Positions 12,916 through 26,604 are shown, numbered from the whole stretch's first letter. The stretch is 63,265 nucleotides of DNA, filler included, from Octopus bimaculoides (GCF_001194135.2; 5 parts of 5 records of this genome joined end to end with filler, not necessarily neighbours in it); one strand, 5' to 3'. Translations and numbers: made by a program. Notes: generated from the letters alone by a model not told the origin.

Positions 12916-13139
12916 TCACCACCATCACCAACACCACCGTTGTAGCCGTCGTCGTCACCATCATCATGGCGCAACCGAGAAGATCAGGTCCCCAACAGAT
13001 CTCACTTTGCAAAAGCCAAACCCGTGTGTTCACTAAGGCGAATGAAACATTTAAGACGCCGCAGAAAATTATTGCTAATGGTTATCTCAATCACCTTTCA
13101 GATGTTAGAAGTGAATGCGATAGAAGGATACTTTGAAAG

Positions 13140-13500
13140 AATCAGATCGTTTGACTTTGTAAGCAATGGAACTGGCGAATGTATGGGTTAGGATGGGGGG
13201 GTGCCAGTGTTTCATGGTAGTGGAAGGGTCGTTGATAATATCGATTTGATGTGACACGAATTGCTTTCATACAGAGCTTTTTGCAGAGCTTTGTAGATTC
13301 AGGAAAGAAGTGTTCGAAATGCTCAACTAGATATAGCAAACGAAGAGTTGAACAGAAATGTTAGCAAATATGGAAGATTTTGCATGAGATCAGAGTTGAA
13401 AGTAGGAAAGAATTATTTTCATTGAGGAGTGAAGGAAAGGATGCTTCTAGATATCCCTAGTTTGGGGGAATTCGTGTTTACTTAAAGTAGTTTTGATATA
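13140..13500 (-). mobile_element. Possible Penelope-like element remnant (RT-to-endonuclease linker)
   Basis: Minus translation LVEHFEHFFPESTKLCKKLCMKAIRV resembles the Penelope linker pattern LIDKHFPxxHKLxKIFNxxTIKVSYS. Confidence 0.35.
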
Positions 13501-13532
13501 TTCATCGCCTTCGTAATATCTTGTTGTGGATA

Positions 13533-13935
13533 AGACGGTGAGCAGGCTGAAACCTTAGCACTGCGGGTAAAATGCTTAGCTCTATTGCGTCCGTCTTTAT
13601 GTTCTGAGTTCAAATTTTTATTTCTTTATTGCCCACAAGGGGCTAAACATAAAGGGGACAAACAAGGACAGACAAAGGGATTAAGTCGATTACATCGATC
13701 CCAGTGCGTAACTGGTACTTAATTTATCGACCCCGAAAGGATGAAAGGCAAAGTCGACCTCGGCGGAATTTGAACTCAGAACGTAACGACAGACGAAATA
13801 CCGCTGAGTTCAAATTCTGCCGAGGTCAAGCTTACCTTCAATCCATTCGGAGTCGATGAATTAAGTACCAGTTGCGTACTGGGGTCGATCTACTCGACTG
13901 AGCCCCTACCACCAAATGTTTGTTATTATTATTCA
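13533..13935 (+). mobile_element. SINE family 1 host copy interrupted by an antisense SINE
   Basis: Head 13533-13616 and remainder 13804-13935 are colinear with the family consensus. Confidence 0.85.
13617..13803 (-). mobile_element. Young 5'-truncated SINE family 1 (tail A) nested antisense, 13-bp TSD
   Basis: TSD CTGAGTTCAAATT at 13604-13616 and 13804-13816; insert is near consensus. Confidence 0.9.
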
Positions 13936-14266
13936 GTAGTTTTATTTTTATAACGTGCTTTCACTTCACTACCGAGCGCAGCTCTGTGCGCCTTGGGTAT
14001 GTGCTGTGGTTTGGTGTGGTGTTCTTATGGTTACTGTATTGAAAGTGTTTTGCGTAGAATGTGTGCAGTACCCAGTAGTGCAATTCTCTGTATGTTACAT
14101 ATATTTGTAAGTCCTGGTGTTTTTGTTATGTATTTGTCTGAATATTTTTTTTATTATACCTAAGGCACCTACTATGATAGGAATTGTTTCTGTTTTTAGA
14201 TTCCACATTCGAGTTACCTCTATTTCCAGGTCTTTGTATTTTGTTATTATTATTATTATTATTATA

Positions 14267-14323
<57 letters not shown>

Positions 14324-14345
14324 ATTATTATTATTATTAATATAT

Positions 14346-14552
14346 AAAACGGTGAGCTAGCAGAATAATTGGCACGCCGGGTGAAATGCTTAGCAGTATG
14401 GAACGTTCGAAGTCAAAATTCTGTCGATATCGTTCTTGCATTTCGTTCATTTGGGCGTCGACAAAATAATTACCTGTTAAGTACTGGGGGCGATGTAATC
14501 GATTATCCATCCCCACAAATTTCAGGTCTTGTGCCTATAGTAAAAAAAAGAT
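14346..14552 (+). mobile_element. SINE family 1, diverged full-length copy
   Basis: AAAACGGTGAGCTAGCAGAATAATTGGCACGCCGGG...AATTTCAGGTCTTGTGCCTATAGTAAAAAAAAGA. Confidence 0.75.
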
Positions 14553-16139
14553 TAATATTATTATCATCATCATCATCATCTTCATCATCATTATCGTCGT
14601 TGTTATTGTTGTTATTTTTCGTTGGTTTCCTTGTCCTGTGCGCAAATGTTTTGAGAACTGTCCTAGAATATTTAGATAGTTAACCAATTTTACTGAAGGA
14701 GAATATTTGCATTCTGGATTGTTTTAAGCATCTCATATTTCAAAAGGGTAGAACAAAAATAACACAATACCAGAACAATCTCATTCAGTTTAAATCATGT
14801 TGAACATAGCTTGTTTGCTCAAGAGATGCAGTCGGAGTAAGGAGAAAGAAGTGTGACCAGTACTGGATATGGCCCTTCACAAAATTACTGTCATTAAAAA
14901 TTTTGAACACAAAAACAAATTAATAAGAGGAGATAAAATAGAAAATTTTTTTCTAAAAATTAAAAACGAGTGAAGTAACAAGAAACAAACGCATACAATC
15001 ACAAGTAGAGACTGTCAAAATTTAATATCCGTAAGCTCAAATGTGCACAACATAAAGATACATGTACCAAGAGAATCAGCGTGCACAGACACACACATGT
15101 TGTCAAACAATGTCAGTAACGAAAAAAAAATCAGTTGTTTTATTTGTGCTAATGTTACCAGTAACGTAATTTGAGCATTTACAACCTGGTTAAAAATAAA
15201 GAATAATGAAAATCAAAAAAAAAAAAACTGAAAAAAAATTTTTGTTTTCTTTTCTTCTTCACCGAAATCATTTATTCAAAAGTGAGAAAGAAGCAAATTC
15301 ACGTATTTTTGCATACTTACTTTGCTGAGCGTGGAGATTTTCTGGAAAAAGAAACGCCTAGCTGTTATCGTTCGTAGGAAATGTGTAGAAAAATGTCAAC
15401 ATATCCAAAGACGAGATGGTTACGATGCTAAATATTGTTGGCTCAAATCTAAGCAGCTAGCTCTTATGCGTGTTGTAGTGCCGGTCACCTGATGGATTTC
15501 TGTTAGGGCCAGCAAAAAAGAAAATTGCAAAAGTCAGGACAACGGCAAGGTTTCAGAGGTTACTCTTTCAACAGTGTTACCAATCATAAATTCGATGTCC
15601 GGTGCGATAATGGGCAAAATCATCTATTTATATCCTAGTCTTCTAGTTGAAGTGCGAGATCCTGAAAATTAAGGAGCAATAACTCACACCTCGCTAGCAT
15701 TCATACATTGTCATGTGACATAAAAGAAACAACACTATGAAACATTTGTGGAAGTCTGTCTAAGATGAGGAAAAAATGAGGAAGAAACCCTGAATAAAAT
15801 ATACTTAAAAGGAAATGAAGCAAAATACTCAAGATGTAAGACTTCACGACGTAATTCAGTTCTTTTAATATTACGAGTAAGAACATTGTGAAATGGTATA
15901 GTTCTAACTTATAAGTGGACATGAAAGAGTATGTAAGAGTTCCTTCTTCATTAAATTTAAATGTCGCTTGATTATTTCACTTTTAATTATTCATTTTAAT
16001 TAAATTTTATAACAAAAACCGATTTAACATATTTGAAAATATTGTATAACATTCCTGTTTATGGATTGTTGTTCCGTTTATAATAACTTGCTCCTGGCAC
16101 CTAGAATATAGTCAAGTAGGCACATAGAATTTCCTTAGA

Positions 16140-16460
16140 TGCACACTGCAGTCTAGAAGTCAGCTACTGTTGTCACAGAAGCTTCGATTTCAGAAATTTA
16201 TAGAAAAAAGTGGTTGGCGAGAGCAATAGTGTTCTAAGAGAAACTAGTCATCGACGAAAACCAGAGGGTCTGCTTGGGAAGAGTTCTGGCTGGAAATTGA
16301 TAAGGACAATTTCTTGAAACACGTAGACAGCCAATGCTACCGATGGTCATTACCGGTTCGAGATTAACTATACTCGCACGGAAATGAAGTAGACGGGATG
16401 CCCGAGATGCTCACGCAGATAAGAAAACGATTGGATTAGTCCTCATCCGTGTAGGTAAAC
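16140..16460 (+). mobile_element. L1/Tx1-clade LINE fragment (zf-RVT region)
   Basis: Plus translation DNFLKHVDSQCYRWSLPVRD*LYSHG followed by a frameshifted CPRC; homologous to the minus-strand fragment at 17200-17400. Confidence 0.6.
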
Positions 16461-16528
16461 AGATTGCTCTCCACAAGTAAGGCTCGACTTCGTTATAACA
16501 ACAGCAATATTATTATTATTATTAATAC

Positions 16529-16584
<56 letters not shown>

Positions 16585-16719
16585 GTTTCGAATTTTCGCA
16601 CAAGGCCAGTATTTTGAAGTTACGGAGAATAGATAACATCGACCTCACCACTCAACTGTCATGAAAGACTCAGTCACCCTTGGAAGTATTTGACCTCACA
16701 ACTGAAGGTTCGTATAAAT

Positions 16720-17790
16720 GATTGAGGTTGGTATAAGAAATAGAGTGGGATTGAAACGCCTGAAAGCAAAATAACAATTAAATTGGAGCAATTAAACACC
16801 CATGAGAGGGAGACTTCCAAGGACTACTTGTGGAAACTCCACAAAACCTAGGACCGTCCTAACCTTTATGACATTTTCCTTCTCTATTTCATTTACTTTT
16901 GCTCTAGTGACGCATGCTTAGAGGAAGCAGTTTACTCTGCTCTTTCGTGCTATATTTACCTACGTTTTAACAAAATTGCTGGGTAGCATCACTTTACTCT
17001 CCGACCTCACTTTAAAGTTGAGGAAGGCTTGGCCAAACCGAAAGTGTCTGATTTCAGAACTTTTCAACCTTGATCACCACACAACCTTTTTCGCTATGAC
17101 ATAGAAACACTGCCTGTCATCGCCGGCAAAAGGAAGGCAACGAGGTGATCTCCACGAAAGACTCAGCTTATAGATGGACCCGTCCTACATGCAACAGCAG
17201 TTGTTCGACATAAGCTCACAAGTCACCAATGGTTAGGCGATGGCCGAGAGCGAGCAGAATAATTTCGCCGGTCTGTGTGCAGCTCGGACAAACCCAGCTG
17301 ACGACACTTCCATGACAGTAGATTTTATCACGAACCAGCAATGACCCTCGACAGCACAGCCAACTAAGTATTTCTGGAAGTTATATATAGGTCCCGGCCC
17401 GAAAGTTCCCCAGACCAGAAAGCGTACTGTTTCTCAACAACGCCCAGAATCTTCAAAACAACGTCGTTGCACTTGCATTCCAATAGCCCTCTATAGAAAG
17501 CCTGAGCTGAAGTTTCACAGAACGCTTTGACCGATTGATAGAGGACTGCGAGCGCCTGACAAAACTCTAGGTTCGAGGTGCCCTGCCACTGTCTTCACTT
17601 GAACCAGGACTGCTGCTCAGACAAAAGGACGATCTGTGGAAAATCGTGCCTGAAAAACGGCGATCACAGCGGTTCACCATCAAGCAAGCACTGGAGATAT
17701 CGAATCCTCAGCGTCTGTCTGCACGTCGATAGCCACTGCATGCCCGGCTCTCCATTCACTGAATGGTTATATTAAATGAAGCGCTTGACC
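16720..17790 (-). mobile_element. L1/Tx1-clade LINE 3' portion, degenerate (post-RT, zf-RVT, 3'UTR)
   Basis: Minus frames give AFYRGLLECKCNDV and GSLLVRDKIYCHGSVVSWVCPSCTQTGEIILLALGH (zf-RVT CxxC-type motif), then AYVEQLLLHVGRV; several stops and frameshifts. Confidence 0.7.
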
Positions 17791-17914
17791 AGTGGAATAC
17801 GGCGCTTCCACAAAAAAGCGAAAAAGTGCAAGCTCGAGATTAGTCAGACGTAAAGTAGGGCAAGGGACGACGGTTAGCCAAAAATTGATGGAATCAATGT
17901 ATGAATAATAATGA

Positions 17915-18085
17915 TAATAATCCTTTCTACTATATGCACAAGGCCTGAAAATTTGGGGGATCAACCCAGTACGCAACTGGTACTTAATTTATCGACCCGG
18001 CGGAATTTGAACTCAGAACGTAAAGACAGGCGATATGCCGCTAAGCATTTTGTCCGGCGTGCTAAAGATTCTGCTTGCTCGTCGC
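17915..18085 (-). mobile_element. SINE family 1 (tail B) with internal deletion
   Basis: TTTATCGACCCGGCGGAATTTG lacks the roughly 30-nt segment between two CGACC microhomologies present in other copies. Confidence 0.8.
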
Positions 18086-19724
18086 ATCAATAATAATAAT
18101 AATCATAATAATGATAATAATAAAAATTATAATAATAATTAATGCCTATCACAATGGAACATTTTGGGCAGTTGTACTTTACACATTCTCGAGCCAAACT
18201 CAGTCGTTCACATGAAAACCTATCCATATCCATAAAGAGGACGCAACTCCTGATTTCATTTCTTTTCTGTTCATTCTTATTTTCGCTCATATTCACACGT
18301 TATCTTTTCGTTTCACTTCCAGATTGACAATAGAAACGTGTCCATGTGTTTACATCTGATAAATATATTGTATCTTGATTAAGTAGTGTGGTTGGATTCT
18401 TGGATGTGAAAAGATTTCAAGTATTCGTTCAGAATGTGGTATGCAAATAATCATTAATAGTACAGACACCGTCTAGAAATTGCAGAGCAAGGATGCTTCC
18501 TTCAATGGAAAGTACCTTTTAAAGAAGCTGTTAATTTCTCTCTCCTTTGTTTATTAGTTGTTGTCTGAAATGCACAACTCGCAATAGCCAAATTGCTCTA
18601 CATATTCTTATTTCCTTCACTGACAATCGATAGCATTCGCAGAGAATGACACGGTTGAATGCTTTTGTATCAATTTGGGATTATCGATTGTTTCCTTCGT
18701 GTAGAATAGACACCATTTTTCCATCGATGAAGTAAGAAATCAACTTGGCGAATGTGAGTGCTACAAACAAGAGCATTTTCGGGGGTTAAACGCATAGTTG
18801 TCTTTCTTGCTGAAGTTTACAATTGTCTTTGTCAGCGCTAGACATTAACCAATCTATAACACTAATTATATTATTTGAAAACACCAAGTAATATGCTTCC
18901 TTCAGCTTCCAATATTCTTATCTTCTATATAAATAAGGATCTTTCGTATGTCAATCTTCTGCTTCATAAAAAAGATTGTGTGTTTCCTGGTGAGCCCTAA
19001 ACAGGAAGTATCTGCATTTCGGTATGAGTTCTTCCATTCTGTCTTGCAACATACCAAACGAGGTTATTTTTCTCTTTAGAGTTGATAACAATGACTGGAA
19101 ATAGTATGTACTCTACGTGTGATATTAATTACTATCGAGTTTGCGGTAAATAACACATTTATTTGAATATCAGTCTGTATTTTCCGCAACTAATCTTTTG
19201 AGTGGGTGGCTTTCATAAGATTTCATAGAAGACAGCGGGCGTTACATGTCTATAGATATTTCCATTCACATTTTACATTTATTGTTCCTTAGATGAATCA
19301 ACTGTCTGGTTTAATATATTTTATCAAGTTACTTTATCTACTTAAAATATTCGTATTTCTCTCATCGTTTCAATAATAGTGTATCAATCTATTTAGATAT
19401 CATATATTTATATTGTTAATATATTGTTGTGAGAACAAAACATAAACGTATTGAATGAATTCTGGGTACTTTCAGAAGTAGTATGCAGTATACACTTTAT
19501 TGTTGAATTAATTTAAAAGTTAATTCCATCATGGTTGGAAGTAAAATTGTTGAAAACTAACGAAACTAATGGCAATATTGAGAATAAAATACAAACACAT
19601 ATTCAAAATCCGAAAGAGGGAAGTGTACGGCATCAATGTAACAAAGTGCAGTGTAGCAGGACAAGATTATACAAATTTCGTCTAATGGGAATTCAGCATA
19701 TTGAAATGCATAAATAACAAGACG

Positions 19725-19800
19725 TACAACGCGGTTCTGAAAAGTTCCTGGTTTTAAGGGTATCGCTAAAGGCCAGCAGATATGCACAACATTCTGATTT
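19725..19800 (+). mobile_element. Mariner-type terminal inverted repeat fragment
   Basis: TACAACGCGGTTCTGAAAAGTTCCTGGTTTTAAGGG resembles mariner TIR starts; a gap follows. Confidence 0.5.
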
Positions 19801-20602
19801 TCTTTTTTTTTTTTTTTTTTTTNNNNNNNNNNNNNNNNNNNNNNNNNNNNNNNNNNNNNNNNNNNNNNNNNNNNNNNNNNNNNNNNNNNNNNNNNNNNNN
19901 NNNNNNNNNNNNNNNNNNNNNNNNNNNNNNNNNNNNNNNNNNNNNNNNNNNNNNNNNNNNNNNNNNNNNNNNNNNNNNNNNNNNNNNNNNNNNNNNNNNN
20001 NNNNNNNNNNNNNNNNNNNNNNNNNNNNNNNNNNNNNNNNNNNNNNNNNNNNNNNNNNNNNNNNNNNNNNNNNNNNNNNNNNNNNNNNNNNNNNNNNNNN
20101 NNNNNNNNNNNNNNNNNNNNNNNNNNNNNNNNNNNNNNNNNNNNNNNNNNNNNNNNNNNNNNNNNNNNNNNNNNNNNNNNNNNNNNNNNNNNNNNNNNNN
20201 NNNNNNNNNNNNNNNNNNNNNNTATATATATATACACATACACATATACGTATATATATAGCAAGCATAAAAACATATATACTTACCTGTATATGTATGA
20301 ATTCAGACACTCACATGGCCTTTACATGTAGACAGATGCATTTAAAACCAAATAAAGTTTACTCTGCAAACCAGTCACCGATCATAAACATATCAACACC
20401 ATATATTTCGAAAAACATTGATTACGTTATCCTTTACGTCTAGTTCTTGCATTCATAAACAAAGACACAGTACGATAGGCACAAAACACTAAAACGAACA
20501 GACACGCACCCCGCCCAACAAACCTCTATCATTCTACCTATAACGATATCTATCTACCTAGTTAACTAGTTGTCTGCCTGCCGGTCTATCTAGCTATCAA
20601 TA

Positions 20603-20635
<33 letters not shown>

Positions 20636-21618
20636 NNNNNNNNNNNNNNNNNNNNNNNNNNNNNNNNNNNNNNNNNNNNNNNNNNNNNNNNNNNNNNNNN
20701 NNNNNNNNNNNNNNNNNNNNNNNNNNNNNNNNNNNNNNNNNNNNNNNNNNNNNNNNNNNNNNNNNNNNNNNNNNNNNNNNNNNNNNNNNNNNNNNNNNNN
20801 NNNNNNNNNNNNNNNNNNNNNNNNNNNNNNNNNNNNNNNNNNNNNNNNNNNNNNNNNNNNNNNNNNNNNNNNNNNNNNNNNNNNNNNNNNNNNNNNNNNN
20901 NNNNNNNNNNNNNNNNNNNNNNNNNNNNNNNNNNNNNNNNNNNNNNNNNNNNNNNNNNNNNNNNNNNNNNNNNNNNNNNNNNNNNNNNNNNNNNNNNNNN
21001 NNNNNNNNNNNNNNNNNNNNNNNNNNNNNNNNNNNNNNNNNNNNNNNNNNNNNNNNNNNNNNNNNNNNNNNNNNNNNNNNNNNNNNNNNNNNNNNNNNNN
21101 NNNNNNNNNNNNNNNNNNNNNNNNNNNNNNNNNNNNNNNNNNNNNNNNNNNNNNNNNNNNNNNNNNNNNNNNNNNNNNNNNNNNNNNNNNNNNNNNNNNN
21201 NNNNNNNNNNNNNNNNNNNNNNNNNNNNNNNNNNNNNNNNNNNNNNNNNNNNNNNNNNNNNNNNNNNNNNNNNNNNNNNNNNNNNNNNNNNNNATATATA
21301 TATATATACGTATACATGTACATACGTATGTACCTAATTTTGCATATGCACATGTAGTTGTTTGTAAGTATGTGTGTCTGTGTGAGTGTGGCTCTGTGTG
21401 TGTCTAAATATATTCATGTAGGATGAATGTAATTTTTAGTATTTAGTATTGTGGAGTGAGGTTATGGATATCAGTAAACATTTTGTGATGGTGGGATTTC
21501 GTAAATTCAAATTTATTAATCAATTTAAAGTTGACTGTGATTTTAAGTTTCCCTTTATCGGATTACTGAACCAAATTGGGTGAATAAGCTGTTAATGTGA
21601 AATTGAAATTTTAGTCAA

Positions 21619-21650
<32 letters not shown>

Positions 21651-23161
21651 NNNNNNNNNNNNNNNNNNNNNNNNNNNNNNNNNNNNNNNNNNNNNNNNNN
21701 NNNNNNNNNNNNNNNNNNNNNNNNNNNNNNNNNNNNNNNNNNNNNNNNNNNNNNNNNNNNNNNNNNNNNNNNNNNNNNNNNNNNNNNNNNNNNNNNNNNN
21801 NNNNNNNNNNNNNNNNNNNNNNNNNNNNNNNNNNNNNNNNNNNNNNNNNNNNNNNNNNNNNNNNNNNNNNNNNNNNNNNNNNNNNNNNNNNNNNNNNNNN
21901 NNNNNNNNNNNNNNNNNNNNNNNNNNNNNNNNNNNNNNNNNNNNNNNNNNNNNNNNNNNNNNNNNNNNNNNNNNNNNNNNNNNNNNNNNNNNNNNNNNNN
22001 NNNNNNNNNNNNNNNNNNNNNNNNNNNNNNNNNNNNNNNNNNNNNNNNNNNNNNNNNNNNNNNNNNNNNNNNNNNNNNNNNNNNNNNNNNNNNNNNNNNN
22101 NNNNNNNNNNNNNNNNNNNNNNNNNNNNNNNNNNNNNNNNNNNNNNNNNNNNNNNNNNNNNNNNNNNNNNNNNNNNNNNNNNNNNNNNNNNNNNNNNNNN
22201 NNNNNNNNNNNNNNNNNNNNNNNNNNNNNNNNNNNNNNNNNNNNNNNNNTGGGTGTATGTATATGTGTGTGTGTGTCTCTGTGTTTGTTGTTGTTAGCGT
22301 GTTCGTTTCTGATGCTTATGTGATTGACATATTAATCAGGCGATGCAACATTTATTGATATGAGAAATGTGTTCGACCTTGACGCTTTTCGTTTCAAGAT
22401 CAAAAGTTTCACAACCTTCATTGAATATTTTTGTGCCATATTGTTTCTAGCAAAATTAGGATTTTGAAATCCTCTCCTTGTTACTCAATTTAAACGTCGG
22501 ATAACATAGATTATCGGCTTACTCTCAACTCAGAGCATAACATCCATCACCCCACGACCACTACTAAACATAAGGCAGTGAGTTTGCCTGTATTGGTCCT
22601 GAATTCATTTACTATTTACACCTGAGCTGACGATACTATTTTACTAGCTTATCAGCCTTGCCATCTTATATATATTCTTACACCTGTCGGCGCTTTTAGT
22701 ACATCAATGGATATTACTAAGTCACCTTTTGTGCTTTATTTCTTTGTTCTCTTATTTCACTGCGTTGCTTTTGTTGCTCAAATTTCTCTGTAACACTTTT
22801 GACTCTGATAAACGAACATGACTCAGCATCCACTTTGCGACAACTCATATTGCTGGTATCAATTGTATTGACTTCCCATATAGGAAGGGTGTTTGTGGCA
22901 GTGATTTTTCTAAAACATAATATGATTCGATTAGTCTGTAATGTATTTTCTTGTTACAGATGAAGGCCAGCTGCGCTCTCTTCAAGGTATTCTTTCGATG
23001 CAGAGGCTGCTTTGTAGGTGGAAGATGTAAGAATGTTAATTGAAACCTGTTGGGTGTGTGTCCTTTGGAAACATTTCTTTGTCTTTGCAGCTCATCCAAC
23101 TTTCCATCCCTTCTTGCTCGTTGTTAGACAAATTGATCGGTATACATACATATATATATAT

Positions 23162-23196
<35 letters not shown>

Positions 23197-23758
23197 NNNN
23201 NNNNNNNNNNNNNNNNNNNNNNNNNNNNNNNNNNNNNNNNNNNNNNNNNNNNNNNNNNNNNNNNNNNNNNNNNNNNNNNNNNNNNNNNNNNNNNNNNNNN
23301 NNNNNNNNNNNNNNNNNNNNNNNNNNNNNNNNNNNNNNNNNNNNNNNNNNNNNNNNNNNNNNNNNNNNNNNNNNNNNNNNNNNNNNNNNNNNNNNNNNNN
23401 NNNNNNNNNNNNNNNNNNNNNNNNNNNNNNNNNNNNNNNNNNNNNNNNNNNNNNNNNNNNNNNNNNNNNNNNNNNNNNNNNNNNNNNNNNNNNNNNNNNN
23501 NNNNTATATTTATATTGTTTGTGTTTCATAATCAGCAGTAAATTCTCATAAACAAATATACTTCTAATTGAAAGAAAAAATGCAAGGGAAATCATGTTTT
23601 CCATGTATGATAATATGTCTTCAACGAAGCAGAATAGACATGAGACATTATCAAATCTCTTAGAATACTAAATATTAATGCTTCGTGTTTAGCTACAATG
23701 CAAATCACGGCATGAAAGGTGATTTTGTGCAACATGATACATAAAGATAATACCAATT

Positions 23759-23812
<54 letters not shown>

Positions 23813-23869
23813 ACAGCAGCAGCAGCAGCAGCAGCATCAGTCCTTCTTTAATTCTTTTTCCCTTTGAGG

Positions 23870-24520
23870 ATAGATTCTGTGCTATCCATTATCCATGATC
23901 ATTTATCCTCTGGAATATCACGATACCACTTCTCCATAACACTGGCTATTCTAAGTTGTATAGATGTTTGCACACTTACAATTTTAGGTCATATTATTTG
24001 CACTTTCATGAATGTCTGGAAGTTCTTTAAGGGTGGATTTGAGCGCCAATTATTGATAATTATTGATAATTCGTATGTTCCACATTCTCAAAACTTCCGA
24101 TCAGTAACGTATATTAGTGGCTTTAGAAAGCTGTATCAATAATGTAAATATTCCATTGTTCTTTTTCTACTTCAATGTTTCTACATGTATGCATTTTACA
24201 CTTTCACGATATTTAAGTCATTCAATCTCTAACGGACTAAGCATCTGTTCCTACCCTCTCTGATCAAACCATATTCTTTGTCAAGTAACAGCTTAATACT
24301 GATGCACTTTCTCATAACATCTTTCGTAGTCCCTTTGCACTAACATTTTACAACCATTTGTAATACAGGTGACAATCTACAGTCCTTCCCATGTAACCTA
24401 CATTTGTTTCATTCTGTTTCGATCTTTGGTTCAAAGTACTCTTTCAGGTCTCATTTTCTCATCTAATCCTGTAATTATCCATTTCTTTGAGTTTTGTATT
24501 ATATAGAAGTATGTATTCGT
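23870..24520 (-). mobile_element. R4/Dong-like (restriction-enzyme-like endonuclease) LINE C-terminal remnant
   Basis: Minus frames KCRLHGK, ITNGCKMLVQRDYERCYEKV and IIGA resemble the CCHC/RHD/IGALG region of REL LINEs; heavily decayed. Confidence 0.5.
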
Positions 24521-24933
24521 ATTTGCTTTAGACTTCCACAATTCATCTCTCCTTTGATATTTTCCTTTTCGTAGTATTTGTTTGAACCAGGATGATACTT
24601 TCTACGTTATAGAAAAAAAATATCGTTTTGCTGCCTGAAAAAGTTAATAATATACATTTAATTGCCAACATAGTCTTCAATCCTAACGCTTTTCCACATA
24701 CGAAAACATTTGGTCGTCGATAAAATGCATTGAACACTGTCATCATCTTTATAAACGTTCTGCTGCATATTCTTTCCTTAAGTAAAGCTGTCAGCACTAT
24801 ACGTATGATTCTCGCTTCTTCATGAATGTGATCAAATTTCTGGTGCAAAGCTTAATCTTCAAAAGCATTTTCAACATTTTCAGATATGTGCCTTCTTGTC
24901 ATGATTTTTTTTCCAGAAGTTTAATCCTGGTAT

Positions 24934-25328
24934 GTGGAGGCGCAATGGCCCAGTGGTTAGGGCAACAGACTCGCGGTCATAGGATTGCGGTTTCGATTCC
25001 CAGACCGGGCATTGTGAGTGTCTATTGAGCGAAAACACCTAAAGCTCCACGAAGCTCCACGAGGCTCTGGTAGGGGATGGTGGCGAACTCTGCTGTACTC
25101 TTCCACCACAACTTTCTCTCACTCGTTCTTCCTGTTTCTGTTGATCCTGTAGTTCAAAGGGTCAGGCTTGTCACACTGTGTCACACTGAATATCCCCGAG
25201 AACTACGTGAAGGGTACTCGTGTTTGTGGAGTGCTCAGCCACTTGCACGTTAATTTGACGAGCAGGCTGTTCCGTTGATCAGATCAACTGGAACCCTCGA
25301 CGTCGTAAGCGACGGAGTGCCAACAATA
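24934..25328 (+). mobile_element. Full-length tRNA-derived SINE (family 2; tRNA-Arg-like head) with 11-bp TSD
   Basis: Head GGAGGCGCAATGGCCCAGTGGTTAGGGC...GGTTTCGATTCCC. TSD AATCCTGGTAT at 24923-24933 and 25329-25339. Internal AAGCTCCACG duplication. Confidence 0.9.
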
Positions 25329-26399
25329 AATCCTGGTATACCTAGATATTTATGGAAGTCGCTTTCAGCAATAAAGATGACCCTCACATTGTAGCTGATA
25401 CTCGTATGTAAACCTCTTACTTCTCTTCAAATTAACTAAAACACAATCTGTTCCGCTAAACATTTTCCCAATATTCTTGGTACTTACAGTATATAACCAG
25501 CGTATCGATTTGGTATTGGAGTTAGTGAAAGGTCTTAGCTCTTTCATTAATTAAAGATCATAAGTTTGCGAGTTCATTTCCAAGACAGTATTACATCACT
25601 GTTTCACTTAACACCATTGATATAAGCCTAAGGCGAATGTTAACGGATAACGGAAACTGTTTCACAAAAATATGATTCAATGTGGTTATATCCCCCATAT
25701 TTATTTCCAGTGTATAGGTCTGACTTCAGCCATTGATATTCAACTACAACGCGCTCAAAATTTTGATTTTACCCCCTTAACATATTCTCTTTCTTCTATA
25801 CATTTTCCGACTACATATCATTTAATTACTAATACGTAAAATGTAAAATATACATTAATATCATGCAGTTCGGGTATCCTCTATTGGATATGAGAAAATG
25901 TTTCCACTTTCAATTGTTATACAGACTCTAATATATTTTTTCAGTGTGAGAAGAAATTTCATACCTCAAAACTTATTGACTTCTAAAAATCTCATCCGGT
26001 GTCCACAAATAATTTGCTGTTTCACATTTGGAACACTAGCAAAAAATTAGTCAGAAAGCCAACACGCGAGTCCTACAGATGGAAACACTTCAAATGAGAA
26101 TAACGCCGTTGCTTTACAAAAGATGCACCTTGCATTTTCTGTAGATCTCCCACACACACTTTCAGGAAATACATGAACAGAATCACGATTATCAATGTTG
26201 GAGAAACAGCGGGCGGCATGCGCACTGAAAGCCGCTGGTATTTATAGTGTTAATCAGTTTCGGTATGCAAATTAAGGGTTCCTTCATAGAGTAACTGCTG
26301 GTTTTGTTGAGTATATAAACAGTTTGGCTAATTGCTTCTCTATAGACTGTCTGATAATAGTAATAGTAATAATAATAATAATAATAACAACAATATCTC

Positions 26400-26600
26400 A
26401 ACAAATAACTTTTAACATACCTACACCTTTGATTTGACAGAGAATCTCTAGAATAATCCTCTGTTGCAAAACAAAATATATGGAACCTTAGTTATGACTT
26501 GAACTTTTATCTTTTCTTTTGAGATCACTGGGTGACACTTGGAATCAACTTGTACAAATAAATACAGAAAAAGCCAAACATATAATAATAATAAGAATAA
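26400..26600 (+). mobile_element. R4/Dong-like LINE 3'UTR copy with (AAT)n tail
   Basis: TTGAGATCACTGGGTGACACTTGGAATCAACTTGTACAAAT...CAAACATATAATAATAAT matches the 3' end at 29530-29620. Confidence 0.65.
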
Positions 26601-26604
26601 TAAA

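Noticed and set aside
26150-26280. Cluster of GC-box, TATA-like and octamer motifs with a short ORF
   Set aside because: Short motifs are expected by chance; no associated gene or snRNA was found.
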